From a virus (taxonomy: Duplodnaviria; Caudoviricetes), in the IMG/VR virus record IMGVR_UViG_3300032285_003957, positions 64,001-128,000 of that record: a stretch of 64,000 bases of DNA. The stretch is one strand, 5' to 3'. A program made the position numbers and the translations under genes. The number at the start of each line of letters is the position of its first letter. The stretch's first letter is position 1. The notes under the pieces were generated by a model, which saw nothing but the letters and a program-made list of their open reading frames with translations, ran no database searches and was not told the origin of the DNA. This document shows positions 63,798 through 64,000 of the stretch, piece after piece.

Positions 63798-64000
63798 ATG
63801 AACAGTAAACTATACGAACTATTTGAAATTGGCGGAAAAAACAATTTTGAGTTTTCATACAAAGCAAAGGAGGGTGAGGATAATGTATTTTCAATAGATT
63901 TTGAAAATAAACGAATATCCGCCTTGGTTGGAAACCCTGAAGACGAAAACCTAACAAACCTAATAGAAGATTGTATAAAACAACTAAAGGAGGCTCTTAA
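63798..64000 (+). CDS. Partial hypothetical protein (runs off the window)
   Basis: Open frame MNSKLYELFEIGGK... to the window edge. Confidence 0.55.
   Translation, partial: MNSKLYELFEIGGKNNFEFSYKAKEGEDNVFSIDFENKRISALVGNPEDENLTNLIEDCIKQLKEAL

Overview
An AT-rich, densely coding 64-kb segment of a large tailed (T4-like/jumbo) phage, almost certainly infecting Bacteroidota. Host evidence: TAnnTTTG/TTTG promoters, SD-less A-rich start contexts, a Bacteroidia-type bS21 and T9SS-CTD-like domains. From left to right it contains: two tandem GT-like paralogs; a minus-strand tRNA array (13 tRNAs, several structured tRNA-like RNAs, micro-ORFs); a roughly 10-kb plus-strand module of secreted, lipo- and outer-membrane proteins (CsgG-like, PA14, cohesin/dockerin-like, T9SS-CTD-like); an RNA repair trio (kinase, Rnl1 ligase, cyclic-phosphate receiver domain); ClpC/Hsp20, KTSC and nucleotidyltransferase genes; the head module (TerL, portal, reverse-oriented bS21, prohead protease, scaffold, MCP); baseplate/structural genes, a sigma-like factor, glycosyltransferases, PhoH and dUTPase; tail-fibre-like genes; PolB; and a neck-like gene. 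The main new observation is an apparent ribosome-sensing attenuator heading the tRNA array. A 32-codon leader has codons 6-20 sampling all 12 amino acids, with matching isoacceptors, that the array supplies, and an 8-bp antiterminator competes with a terminator 3 nt before the first tRNA. The array also holds a duplicated 8-aa uORF/hairpin switch (MKKEFDMH, synonymous changes only) and two giant tRNA-like RNAs. Product names come from by-eye motif recognition only; no HMM, folding or database searches were run.
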